From positions 97,156-161,155 of the forward strand of contig DASZUS010000045.1 in the NCBI GenBank assembly GCA_035547515.1: a stretch of 64,000 nt of DNA, read 5' to 3'. Position numbers and translations under genes: made by a program. The notes beneath the pieces were generated by a model. The model was not told where the DNA came from and searched no databases. It saw nothing but the letters and a program-made list of their open reading frames with translations. Shown piece by piece: positions 54,101 through 62,548 of the stretch. The stretch's first letter is position 1. Each line of letters opens with the position of its first letter. This stretch comes from Mycobacteriales bacterium (GTDB lineage Bacteria > Actinomycetota > Actinomycetes > JAFAQI01).

Positions 54101-57100
54101 GACTAGCTACACATACAACGGAGCAGGTCAAGTCGTTCAGGTCGTCGCTCCTACCGCGGCGGGCGTGACCTGCACCAGTCCACTCACTACCCGCGGCTGC
54201 CGCACCCTGACGCTGGCGTATGCCACCTCCACCACGGCCAGCGGTACCAGTCCGTCGCAATGGGGCGACTATTACGACTCAGCGAACGGTGTGGGTCGGT
54301 TGAAGACGGTGCAGTTGACCGCCTACGACCCGTCGTCATCGACCATGACTACGGTCGCGGTGGCTGACTACTCATACGACAGCAACGGAATGCTTCGCGG
54401 CGAGTGGGATCCGCGAATCAGCCCGGTTCTTGAAACGACCTACAGCTATGGAGCCGGCGATCGACTTGCTACCGTCACCCCGCCCGGTCTCACCGGAGAC
54501 ACGATCAACTACGACAGCGAGGGTCGGGTAGCGAGTATCCAGCGGGTTGATCCAGTTAATGGCACAGCCACCCAAGCGATCGCCTACACCGTGCCGATTA
54601 CCGGTAGTGGCGCGCCGATTGACATGTCGGCGAGCGCGACAGATTCGTGGGGCCAGACCACCGACCTGCCGTTTACGGCTACCGAGGTTTTCCCACCCGA
54701 CCACGTGCCAGCGACAGGTAGCAACGGCGACTACGCGCCTTCCGCGACTGACTATCCGTACGGTTCAATCAGCTATCTCGATGTCAACGGCTATAGCGTC
54801 GACGCGGCCGCGTTTGGCGCCGACGCATGGCAGGTGAGCGCGACTCAATACAACGGCAACGGCGGCGTCATCTGGCAACTGAGCGCCGACAACCGCGATC
54901 AGGCACTTAGCCCGACCGCCCAGACGGATCCCCTGGTCGCGGCCATGCCGAACTCGGCAGAACGAGCAGACGCTCTCGCCAGTACAAGCCAATACGCGTC
55001 GGACGGATACGACCTAAGCGACACGTACGGGCCAACCCGGCCGACAGTCCTCGACAACGGTGCGTTGGCGGGAGCCGTCGTGGATGCAAGAGACCACATT
55101 CACTACGTGTATAACCAGGGAGCTCCGGGCGGTGGCTATGACCTCGTCACTGAGACGAGTGAGTCTCCGTCATTCGCACAGTCCGGCTCCTCGGTGATGG
55201 CCGACTACGCCCCCGATACCAGGAGCACCATCGCTGGCTACAACCCGGTGGACGGCTCCGGCGACTCGGGGCCGACCAGCGGCTGGACGCTTAGTGAGCC
55301 GACGTCTACTACGACCGTGATGCCCGGTTCGGGCAACAACATCACTACCGAGACCGAATACGACGCGGATGGCAACGTCATCGAGTCGATCATGCCGAAG
55401 GCGACGAGCGCAGGCGTCGACGCATACACGACCGACACCGGGTACTACACAGCCGGCGCGAACGCGCAGTATCCAGCTTGCGCAAATCGCCCCGAGTGGG
55501 CCGGCTTACTGTGCGAGACCGGACCGGCCGTCCAACCGACAAGCGGACCCCCTGTCCCCACAACAACGACGACGTACAACATCTATGACGAACCACTCGT
55601 CGTAACTGCTACATCGGGTACGGGCGGCGCGATGGCAACCAGGACCACAACCTTCACATACGACGCGGCGGGACGAACCCTGACCACAGGAATCACCGAC
55701 TCATCCAGTGACGCGACGAATGTTCCGACGACTACGACGTCTTATGACCCCGGAACCGGGCTTGCCACGACGATGTCGACCTCGGCGGGCACGATCAGTA
55801 CGGGGTATAACTCGCTTGGCGAGGCGACCAGCTACACGGCACCGACAGGCACCGGGACGAACACCACCACGACGACGTACAACATCGACGGCAACGTCTC
55901 TTCGATCAACGACGGCAAGGGCACGACCACGTTCACCTACAACGGCACCGACAGCCTCGGGCGTGCAGAACATCGCGGACTGGTTACATCAGAGTCGACA
56001 GGAGTCGCGAGCGGCGACACGTTCTCCGGCTCGTACGACGCCGACGGGAACCTTACGAACGAGACCTATCCGAACGGCCTCGTAGCCACTACCGGCTATA
56101 ACAACACCGACGAACCGACGAACTTGACCTACGCGATGGGTAGCTCGACATGGGCAACCTTCGCCGATGCCTACAACGAATTCGGTCAGGTTGTTGATCA
56201 ATCGAGTCCAGAGTCATCCCAACAGATTCAATACGACCAGGACGGCCGCATCAGCCAGGTAGCCGACAACGGCGACGGCACGTGCGTGACCCGCACCTAC
56301 TCATACGACGCCGACTCCAATCGGATCGGGTACACGGTGTACCCCGCCACAAACACAAACCAGTGCTCAACGACAACCACACCGACCGCGAACGAGACGT
56401 CTACTCACGACCAAGCAGATCGGATCACCAACGCCGGCTACACGTACGACAACATGGGCCGGACCACGACGATCCCGGCCGTCGACACTTACGACACCAA
56501 CCCGAGCCCAACGAACTTGACCCTGACGTATTTCGCTGACGACACCGTCCACACGGAGAGTCAGGACGGGGTCACCGACACCTTCACGCTCGACCCGGGC
56601 GGACGCGTTCTCAGTGAGACCAATAGTGGCACTTCCGCCACGGTCACCGACGTCTACAGCGACAGCAGCGACTCACCGGCATGGACGTCTAGTAGCGGCG
56701 GCGGATGGAGTCGGTTCATTCCTGATTTGGCAGGCAACCTGAGCGAGATCGAGACCTCAACAGGCACCGCCAACGCAACGCTCCAACTTGTCAACCTCCA
56801 CGGCGACGTCGTTGCGACCGCTCCGGACTCGAGTGCCGACACCGGCTACAGCAACTACAGCGAGGACACGGAGTTTGGCGCGCCACGTGCGGCGAACGCC
56901 ACCTCGTCCACGACCTATGCGTGGCTTGGGGGTAAGGAGCGGTCGAGTAATACTTTGGGCGGCCTTGTCGTGATGGGAGCCCGGGCCTACTCCCCGACTA
57001 CTGGCAGGTTCCTCACTACCGACCCTATCCGTGGAGCCAGCGCAAATTCCTACGACTACTGCGACCAAGATCCGGTGAATGTCTTTGACATCTCCGGAAC

Positions 57101-57509
57101 AAGTCCAAGTCAGGCATCCGTCAGTGCGCCTACGCCCCTTTGGGTGAGCTTCAACGGCGTCATCGCCTGCAAGCCTCACGAGAACAGCGCCATCCTCGAG
57201 GGCACGGCAAAGATCAATCCCGCGAATTACGCTTGGTACTTCGGTGGGTGGAAGCCATTCCACGTTGTCGACCACGGTGACGTCGAGACCTGGACCACCG
57301 TCCAGAACTCCTATTCGCGTGAAGACATCTATTGCGGCTGTCGAGACGGAAAACCGAGCGAGTGGGGAGTCGGCTACGACCCCGTTCACAGGTTCCACAA
57401 GATCTACTACGACTGCTTCAATCTCTCGTGCGTCTGGTTCGGCGACGCCACGCTGCCCTGGGAAGAAGGGCCTATGGCATGGCACCCGGACTACGACGGA
57501 GATGCCTAG
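51150..57509 (+). CDS. Sec-signal RHS/YD-repeat polymorphic toxin (2119 aa)
   Basis: GGAGG RBS. Signal peptide ending PASA|AS (about residue 38). DNRLRE-like region (about residues 300-477). More than 20 YD repeats (YTYNGAGQV, YSYDSNGML, INYDSEGRV, TEYDADGNV, FTYDAAGRT, IQYDQDGRI, YTYDNMGRT...). RHS core end ARAYSPTTGRFLTTDPIRG...YDYCDQDPVNVFDISG. A 136-aa C-terminal extension follows. Confidence 0.92.
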   Translation: MARSARPVLRAFRASAVALSVSLLTYGLVALPAQPASAASSATDVSSRPDAVSAALSARLEGHRVAITDDETDSSTTYANPDGTFTTETSQGPVRVAQPGGGFAPLNLTLTQNANGSYSPTTAAAPFTLDNGGSTTAATLPEASGRSVGVGWTSKLPAPTVSGGTASYAISSTEKLVVAATSEGFTADVVLTAPPTSSSFTVTLPLSLAKLTATQAANGTVSLQDAAGDTVASAHQFAMWDASAGTTPFPDQETAVPTKLSTSASGAPELVLSPSMSFLDSPSTQYPVTIDPSIGSLARTGSTFWYTNNTSPQAGNYELIVGPNTSGSVAYRSFVNFNANPIMASHVTNANLSLYQIYAASCSAQSMTAYASSAVANSSTVWSNAPGKNTSYSDAVSSNTAGPSCSPAQPYGSESIPVTNILNAWSNGTIAAKGIQLWATSETNTAAGKIFCSEVVTAGTTCNNSAYEPTLSVTYDDYPQVATHLSAEPSSIGSTGKTYTTSLTPTLQALSTDPDGSSNYVEFQVLHDPSYPSEGTGSVWTGYSPLTPQGASASINVPSGQLVNGYHYEWEAIGYVQNSLGGYDFAPTWSTMQYLAVDSNIPPTPTVSCTAFPFGSWTNASPAGATCTASDSAVDLSGFYYSFDNPDPETPVTQSSGSATITMPSGGNTLSNGMHTLYVQAYNIAYSRSATITQYSFGIGVGGLSSPSNGQTTQQAVVLTTTAAPAETGVTFSYRQGTTGTWITVPTSDVTIPGTSTNPTWPQAISGGTSTPLDWDVAQTIANAGGSDGPLQLEACFNHSGTQDGCSGSTNLSLAQTAFGDSQATTNVGPGSLSLLTGDLDVPATDVNVSSVGGGLSLGRDLTTLAPSTSDTGADGIFGPAWSADLPSPTDGYATDSLFMAHDLGYATLTGPDGTVFDYITPSTGYPYVFTGESSADDGSILTQPSIDAANITESDGSVTSWTRSAVGSPWELASVVVAGSNSTTSYTYNGAGQVVQVVAPTAAGVTCTSPLTTRGCRTLTLAYATSTTASGTSPSQWGDYYDSANGVGRLKTVQLTAYDPSSSTMTTVAVADYSYDSNGMLRGEWDPRISPVLETTYSYGAGDRLATVTPPGLTGDTINYDSEGRVASIQRVDPVNGTATQAIAYTVPITGSGAPIDMSASATDSWGQTTDLPFTATEVFPPDHVPATGSNGDYAPSATDYPYGSISYLDVNGYSVDAAAFGADAWQVSATQYNGNGGVIWQLSADNRDQALSPTAQTDPLVAAMPNSAERADALASTSQYASDGYDLSDTYGPTRPTVLDNGALAGAVVDARDHIHYVYNQGAPGGGYDLVTETSESPSFAQSGSSVMADYAPDTRSTIAGYNPVDGSGDSGPTSGWTLSEPTSTTTVMPGSGNNITTETEYDADGNVIESIMPKATSAGVDAYTTDTGYYTAGANAQYPACANRPEWAGLLCETGPAVQPTSGPPVPTTTTTYNIYDEPLVVTATSGTGGAMATRTTTFTYDAAGRTLTTGITDSSSDATNVPTTTTSYDPGTGLATTMSTSAGTISTGYNSLGEATSYTAPTGTGTNTTTTTYNIDGNVSSINDGKGTTTFTYNGTDSLGRAEHRGLVTSESTGVASGDTFSGSYDADGNLTNETYPNGLVATTGYNNTDEPTNLTYAMGSSTWATFADAYNEFGQVVDQSSPESSQQIQYDQDGRISQVADNGDGTCVTRTYSYDADSNRIGYTVYPATNTNQCSTTTTPTANETSTHDQADRITNAGYTYDNMGRTTTIPAVDTYDTNPSPTNLTLTYFADDTVHTESQDGVTDTFTLDPGGRVLSETNSGTSATVTDVYSDSSDSPAWTSSSGGGWSRFIPDLAGNLSEIETSTGTANATLQLVNLHGDVVATAPDSSADTGYSNYSEDTEFGAPRAANATSSTTYAWLGGKERSSNTLGGLVVMGARAYSPTTGRFLTTDPIRGASANSYDYCDQDPVNVFDISGTSPSQASVSAPTPLWVSFNGVIACKPHENSAILEGTAKINPANYAWYFGGWKPFHVVDHGDVETWTTVQNSYSREDIYCGCRDGKPSEWGVGYDPVHRFHKIYYDCFNLSCVWFGDATLPWEEGPMAWHPDYDGDA
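57099..57509 (+). other. C-terminal variable (toxin) domain of the RHS protein, residues 1984-2119, family unassigned
   Basis: Begins right after the DPxN..D.SG core boundary. Has 5 Cys (IACKPH, YCGCRDG, YYDCFNLSC) and is rich in Trp/Tyr/His. No motif I can match to nuclease, deaminase, ART or peptidase toxin families. Confidence 0.6.
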
Positions 57510-57703
57510 CCATGGCACACACCTCAGGACACCGAATACTTGACAGTAAGGAGGCGACGCAGGGCAATGCCGGCACCGAACGTGACGAGGCCTTGGCAGT
57601 CACCGCTTCCAGCGGCGCGCTTCCCAGGAGCGCGGCGACAACCTACTCGATGCGGGGTAGCTCAGAACCTGACCCTAAGGCCAGATTCAGATTGGAGGAC
57701 ATC

Positions 57704-57877
57704 ATGAAGGTCTGGAAAGACCAATGGGTTCCCGGCGACCCGTTGCCAGCACGCGGGCTGCTCCGGGCAGCGGAGAATCTCGACGGTAGAGGAAACCGCG
57801 GTAAAGCCATCGCATGGGTCGCGCTAATCTCGATCCTTGGCGGCATCGCCTTCGTGGCTGTTCAGATCACGCGATGA
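57704..57877 (+). CDS. Small single-pass membrane protein (immunity-module candidate)
   Basis: 57 aa (MKVWKDQWVPGDP...AIAWVALISILGGIAFVAVQITR), with GGAGG 5 nt upstream. An in-frame longer version could start at the ATG at 57512, 2 nt after the RHS stop. Confidence 0.45.
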   Translation: MKVWKDQWVPGDPLPARGLLRAAENLDGRGNRGKAIAWVALISILGGIAFVAVQITR

Positions 57878-58266
57878 GACCGTCAGTCTCTCACGATCTT
57901 CCGAGCCGTGGTGCGGCCTTGGCCGCGCTCTGTCTGTTCGTGGTGCTGATCAGCGCCTGCGGGAGTGGTACACCCTCTACGTCAAGCCAGTTGCGACCGA
58001 TGGCTACGAGCTCGGCCCGGGGCCAAACGCCCGCCGATATCGCCTGCGATGACTTCGCTCGTTTTGTTGATAGCCATTCTGCTGCGGATTTGGCCGCAGC
58101 AGTCAGCACATCTCGCAGCATCCGAGGCGCGGGTCGCGCCGCTACAAATGTGAGCGCCGACATCGCTACCTACGTAGAACAGAAGCGGGCGCACGCCAAG
58201 GAGTTTCTTGCAGCGACGACGGCCGCAATTGAGCACGACTGCGCGAGCCTTCCACACAGGGTTTGA
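57874..58266 (+). CDS. Small lipoprotein (immunity candidate)
   Basis: 130 aa. Its ATG overlaps the upstream TGA (ATGA). Lipobox LFVVLISAC. The mature part of about 100 aa is helical-looking and has two further Cys. Confidence 0.6.
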   Translation: MRPSVSHDLPSRGAALAALCLFVVLISACGSGTPSTSSQLRPMATSSARGQTPADIACDDFARFVDSHSAADLAAAVSTSRSIRGAGRAATNVSADIATYVEQKRAHAKEFLAATTAAIEHDCASLPHRV

Positions 58267-58365
58267 GTGGCCACCCTACTAAGGAGGGTCGGGGTCGGGA
58301 GGGACTGCCCCGTGAAGCGCCCCAGGTTTGATGCCGCCTCCTTGTGAGTCCAGGAGGATGGTGTC

Positions 58366-58520
58366 GTGCCGAAGAAGATTGATCCGAAGGTAACGCAGCG
58401 TTGCGTTCAGCAGATCCTCGAGCACGTGCAGGAGCACCGAACCCGACCGCGGCGGCGGAGGTCAGCGCGGGGCTCTGGCAGGCGTGCGCAGACAGAGCCA
58501 GGCTCGGCACCGGTCGCGAC
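58366..58520 (+). mobile_element. Degenerate remnant of an IS3-family transposase orfA (N-terminal HTH region only, frameshifted)
   Basis: A GTG start with an AGGAGG RBS gives MPKKIDPKVTQRCVQQILEHVQEH. The next frame continues PNPTAAAEVSAGL...LGTGRD. This parallels the MPKKIDPEV..AVRLV.EH..EYPSLTAA..AVA.QLGVGRES pattern of IS3 OrfA proteins (from memory). No orfB or inverted repeats found. Confidence 0.35.
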
Positions 58521-58545
58521 CGGCATGAACCACGCCTCGCGGCGC

Positions 58546-59001
58546 TCAGGCCGGGCTTGGTGCCGGCCGAGCTTCCTGGATCTGCTCGAGCATGGCGCGG
58601 ACCTTCGATGGTCTGTACGACCCTGTAGGCATCGCCCGCACCACCTCTCCCGAGTTCAAGATGAGCGCCACGCACGTCGCGCGGCCGGTGACGTTGCCGC
58701 TGTCCACGATGGTCAGATCGCGGACGCTCTCCCAACTGAAGACCTTCGTCGATCCGATATTTCGAATGGTGACCGTCCTCGGGCCGACCTCGACGCCAAG
58801 TCGGAGGGAACGGAGCGCTGCGGCGGCAAACGCGACAGCCACAAGTCCATCCCCGACTTGGTCGCCGTACGTCGGATCGGAATGAGCCCCGCGAACGGCG
58901 GCGCCCAGCGCGAACGCCGCGGCGAGCAGGCCAGTAGCGGAAAACACGCCATAGGTCTGCGCGCGGTTAGTGATCAGCACGTCGCCCGGACCGAGCCGCA
59001 C
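58546..59001 (-). CDS. Membrane protein with bacterial PH-like domain (paralogue 1)
   Basis: 151 aa. Two N-terminal TM helices, then VGPRTVTIRNIGSTKVFSWESVRDLTIV...VALILNSGEVVRA. Same architecture as the neighbouring gene. Confidence 0.55.
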   Translation of the reverse strand: MRLGPGDVLITNRAQTYGVFSATGLLAAAFALGAAVRGAHSDPTYGDQVGDGLVAVAFAAAALRSLRLGVEVGPRTVTIRNIGSTKVFSWESVRDLTIVDSGNVTGRATCVALILNSGEVVRAMPTGSYRPSKVRAMLEQIQEARPAPSPA

Positions 59002-59028
59002 CCTGCGAAGGTGAGCTGCGAGTGGCGT

Positions 59029-59499
59029 TCACACCGCCTCCATCCGACGCGAGCTGATCAGTTCGTTGAGCGCAGCGATGAGCTCGTTGTCCTGCGCCAT
59101 GCGCTTGGCGCCCGCGAATGAGGCGGTCGCGAGACCTTCGAGACGGATCTTCTCGCCCGAGGCGAGGAGCAAGGTGCCCGCCCGTCCACGAGATAGGGTG
59201 ATGCTTTCCACTTCAGACCACCTGAAGGTCCTCACATCGAAGTAGTTTCGCACTTTCATCCCGGCGTCCGAGACGAAGACGCCGGACCGCGCGCCCGCAG
59301 CGAAGATCACCGCAACAGGAACGACCGTGGCTGCGATGACAATGCGGACGCCTACTGGGTACTGCGCATCGCTGATCGGCGCCGCCCCGATGAGAAGCGT
59401 GACTGCGGCAGCCGTCAGCCCACAGCGCCGGGCAAACCTCGTCTGGATGAGCTCACGATCCAACGTGGCACGCGAAGCGCGACGTCGGCGCGGCCTCAC
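59029..59499 (-). CDS. Membrane protein with bacterial PH-like domain (paralogue 2)
   Basis: Start set at the GTG at 59499. TM helices, then VSDAGMKVRNYFDVRTFRWSEVESITLS...LLLASGEKIRLEG. The upstream part of the 220-aa ORF looks non-coding. Confidence 0.55.
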   Translation of the reverse strand: MRPRRRRASRATLDRELIQTRFARRCGLTAAAVTLLIGAAPISDAQYPVGVRIVIAATVVPVAVIFAAGARSGVFVSDAGMKVRNYFDVRTFRWSEVESITLSRGRAGTLLLASGEKIRLEGLATASFAGAKRMAQDNELIAALNELISSRRMEAV

Positions 59500-59909
59500 G
59501 AGGCGACCCCGGTTCCTTTGAAAGCCCAGTCGCCACCAGCGCCAAGTCTGACCTGATGCTCGCGGTCGGACACAACCCGGCGCCGCGTCGCGGTCATCCC
59601 GGTCGGATGATGGGAGATCACCACCGCCCCCGGCGTCACGCTGCAAACAAGACTGAGATAACGACGCGCATGCGGACCTCCCCCAACCCATATCCCGGCG
59701 CCCCTACCGGCTGTCGGCACCGGCAGTTCAGGCTGGCGATCCTGGCACGGCCAAAGCCGCGCGTCAGGACACTCTGATAGGCCAGATGGATGTTGGGGTC
59801 GGGGCGGCCCTCGGAATAGGCCTGTCTGTCATGGTGGACATACTTGCCTTCTGACGCAGCGCGGGCACGTCCTCCTCGTCAACAGCTACAGACTTGGGAG
59901 GTGTCTTCC

Positions 59910-60581
<672 letters not shown>

Positions 60582-60664
60582 TTGAGCGGCGACGAGTCTA
60601 GCCGCCGTCATCGCCGACTGGCTGTGCTCTATGACAGTCAGGCGGCGATCGGGCCTGCGAGGGG

Positions 60665-61813
60665 TCAGTCGTTGACCGCCCACCGGCGGTCCAGGATCGC
60701 CTCGAGGTCGTCGTCTGACTGCAGCTCGCTCGCCGGCTCGAGCGGCGGCAGCAGCCGGTCGCGGGGCGACTCGTAGATCGGACGCGACGGCGCAGCGGGC
60801 TTGGTGGCGTAGGTCGGCTTGGGCACCGGGACTGGCTCCCACGGCTTGCCGCCGACCGCGAGCACCTCAGCCGCGGCGTGAGCCGCAGCGCGGGCAGCCC
60901 GCTCGCTGCTGTACTCGCGCGCCAGCGCGGCCTCCTCTTCGGTCTCGAGCTCGACCCGCGGCCGACTGGCGGGCTTCGCAGCGGCGGCGACCTCCGCCGC
61001 GGGCTCCGGCTCCGGCTCCGGTTCTGCCTCGAACAGCTCCTGGTCGAAGACGCTGTCGCGGGCCGCGGCCCGTCCAAGCGGCTCAGCAACCGCGGTGGCG
61101 AACATCGACTCCGCCTCGTCCCAGGGCTCGGTCTGGTCGAACACCTCGTCGGCAACCGCGGCAGCGCTCGAGCTGCGCGGCATGGCGACCGTACGCACCG
61201 ACGACGGAACCGGCCCGCCGTGGACGGTGATGCCCTCTTCCCACCCCGGCTCCGGCCGGTCCCAGCTCGTCTCGCGCTCGAGCTCCGCGAGCTCGCGCGT
61301 GTCGCGGCGCCGGGCGAGCGCTCGCCGACGCGAGGCCGCGGCCCGCAACGCCAGGCGACGCAAGTGCATGCAGTAGCTGAGCGCCGCGAGGTCCAGGACG
61401 ACCTGCACTGCCCACAGCACGACCCCGCCAACAGCGAGGGCGGCCACGAAGGTCACCAGCACCGTGACGGCGAGGCCGACGAGAAGGTTCCGCCGGCGCC
61501 TCGCCATGGTCCGCTTGCGGCGAGCCGCGATCGCCTCGGGCGCGGAGGCGCCGGAGACGTGCACCAGGACGTCCGCCGGGGCCTGGCGCCTCGCGGCGTA
61601 CGCCTCGCGCTGGCGCGCCGGGCCTGCGCCGTACGACGACGTCTTCACATTGCGCGGCGTGGGCCGGGCGTCGTGTCCGGACAGCGTGCTCATCGCGGTC
61701 GAGAACTTGTCGACCGAGCGGGACTCCTCGACCTCGTCGTGGCGGCGCAGCCACATGGGGACGAGGACCACGGCCCACATCAGGATCAGGCCAAGGATGA
61801 TTACTGGGCTCAT
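60665..61813 (-). CDS. Conserved actinobacterial membrane protein (Rv0996-like by position)
   Basis: 382 aa. N-terminal TM MSPVIILGLILMWAVVLVPMW, a second TM pair, and an Ala/Glu/Pro-rich C-terminus. Confidence 0.7.
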   Translation of the reverse strand: MSPVIILGLILMWAVVLVPMWLRRHDEVEESRSVDKFSTAMSTLSGHDARPTPRNVKTSSYGAGPARQREAYAARRQAPADVLVHVSGASAPEAIAARRKRTMARRRRNLLVGLAVTVLVTFVAALAVGGVVLWAVQVVLDLAALSYCMHLRRLALRAAASRRRALARRRDTRELAELERETSWDRPEPGWEEGITVHGGPVPSSVRTVAMPRSSSAAAVADEVFDQTEPWDEAESMFATAVAEPLGRAAARDSVFDQELFEAEPEPEPEPAAEVAAAAKPASRPRVELETEEEAALAREYSSERAARAAAHAAAEVLAVGGKPWEPVPVPKPTYATKPAAPSRPIYESPRDRLLPPLEPASELQSDDDLEAILDRRWAVND

Positions 61814-61915
61814 GTCAGATCACCGCGCACGACGGGCCCATGACATTGGGGCCAACGACAGGTGACGTCCATCGTGGATAGGACGCTAACGAGGGATGGG
61901 ACGTTGGGCACGGAC

Positions 61916-62548
61916 CTACGCCGGTGTGTCGCCGACCTGATCGCGGACCCGGTTCCAGCGGGCGAGGAGGCCTCCCGGCACGTCTTCGCGGACGAGGGCG
62001 TACGCGAGGTGGTCACGCCAGTCGCCGGAGATGTGCAGGAACCGTTCCCGGGTCCCCTCGAGCCGAAAACCCAGCTTCTCGACGACCCGCCGGCTCGGCG
62101 CGTTCTCCGGGCGGATGTTGATCTCGATCCGGTGCAGCCCGACAGCGGTGAAGCAGTGGTCGGTGGCGAGCGCGACGCAGGTCGGCATCACCCCGCGCCC
62201 GGCCACCCGCTGGTCCACCCAGTAGCCGATGCTGGCCGACTCCAGCGAGCCGCGCACGATCCCCGAGACGTTGAGCTGGCCGGCAAACGCGCCGTCGACC
62301 TCCACCGCGAAGGGCAGGCCGCGGCCCGCCCGCGCCTCCGCGCGCAGGCGGCGCGCCATCGAGACGAAGACCGCGCGCGACGACGCGAAGATGCCGGACC
62401 CGCCCGGGGGTGTCGCCTCCCACGGCCGCAGCCACTCGACGTTGCGCTTGCGCGAGTCGACCCATGCCGCCGCGTCGCGCACCCGCAGCGGGCGCAGCGT
62501 GACCGCTCCGTCGCGCAGCACCGCCGGCCAGCCGGGCACCACCGTCAC
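61916..62548 (-). CDS. rimJ: GNAT-family N-acetyltransferase (RimJ-like)
   Basis: Start set at a GTG overlapping the moeA stop (GTGA). Motifs LRPLRVRDAAAW and GYWVDQRVAGRGV (acetyl-CoA site). Confidence 0.78.
   Translation of the reverse strand: MTVVPGWPAVLRDGAVTLRPLRVRDAAAWVDSRKRNVEWLRPWEATPPGGSGIFASSRAVFVSMARRLRAEARAGRGLPFAVEVDGAFAGQLNVSGIVRGSLESASIGYWVDQRVAGRGVMPTCVALATDHCFTAVGLHRIEINIRPENAPSRRVVEKLGFRLEGTRERFLHISGDWRDHLAYALVREDVPGGLLARWNRVRDQVGDTPA

Noticed and set aside
57099-57509. Assigning the RHS tip to the deaminase family (PHE..., YCGC) or to the HNH/HxxD nuclease family (HVVDH)
   Set aside because: The spacing and context do not match H[AV]E...PCxxC or the HNH beta-beta-alpha-metal patterns. 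Calling a family from these fragments would be guesswork.
57332-57877. 181-aa ORF overlapping the last 178 nt of the RHS gene
   Set aside because: The part upstream of 57512 is an out-of-frame overlap with the well-supported RHS C-terminus. Only the portion after the RHS stop is considered, with alternative starts at 57512 or 57704.
58366-59121. 251-aa plus-strand ORF as an intact transposase; also the 189-aa minus ORF at 58166-58735
   Set aside because: Only the first ~25 codons resemble an IS3 OrfA. The rest is Arg-rich junk lying antisense to the better-supported PH-like gene. No orfB, DDE motif or terminal inverted repeats were seen.
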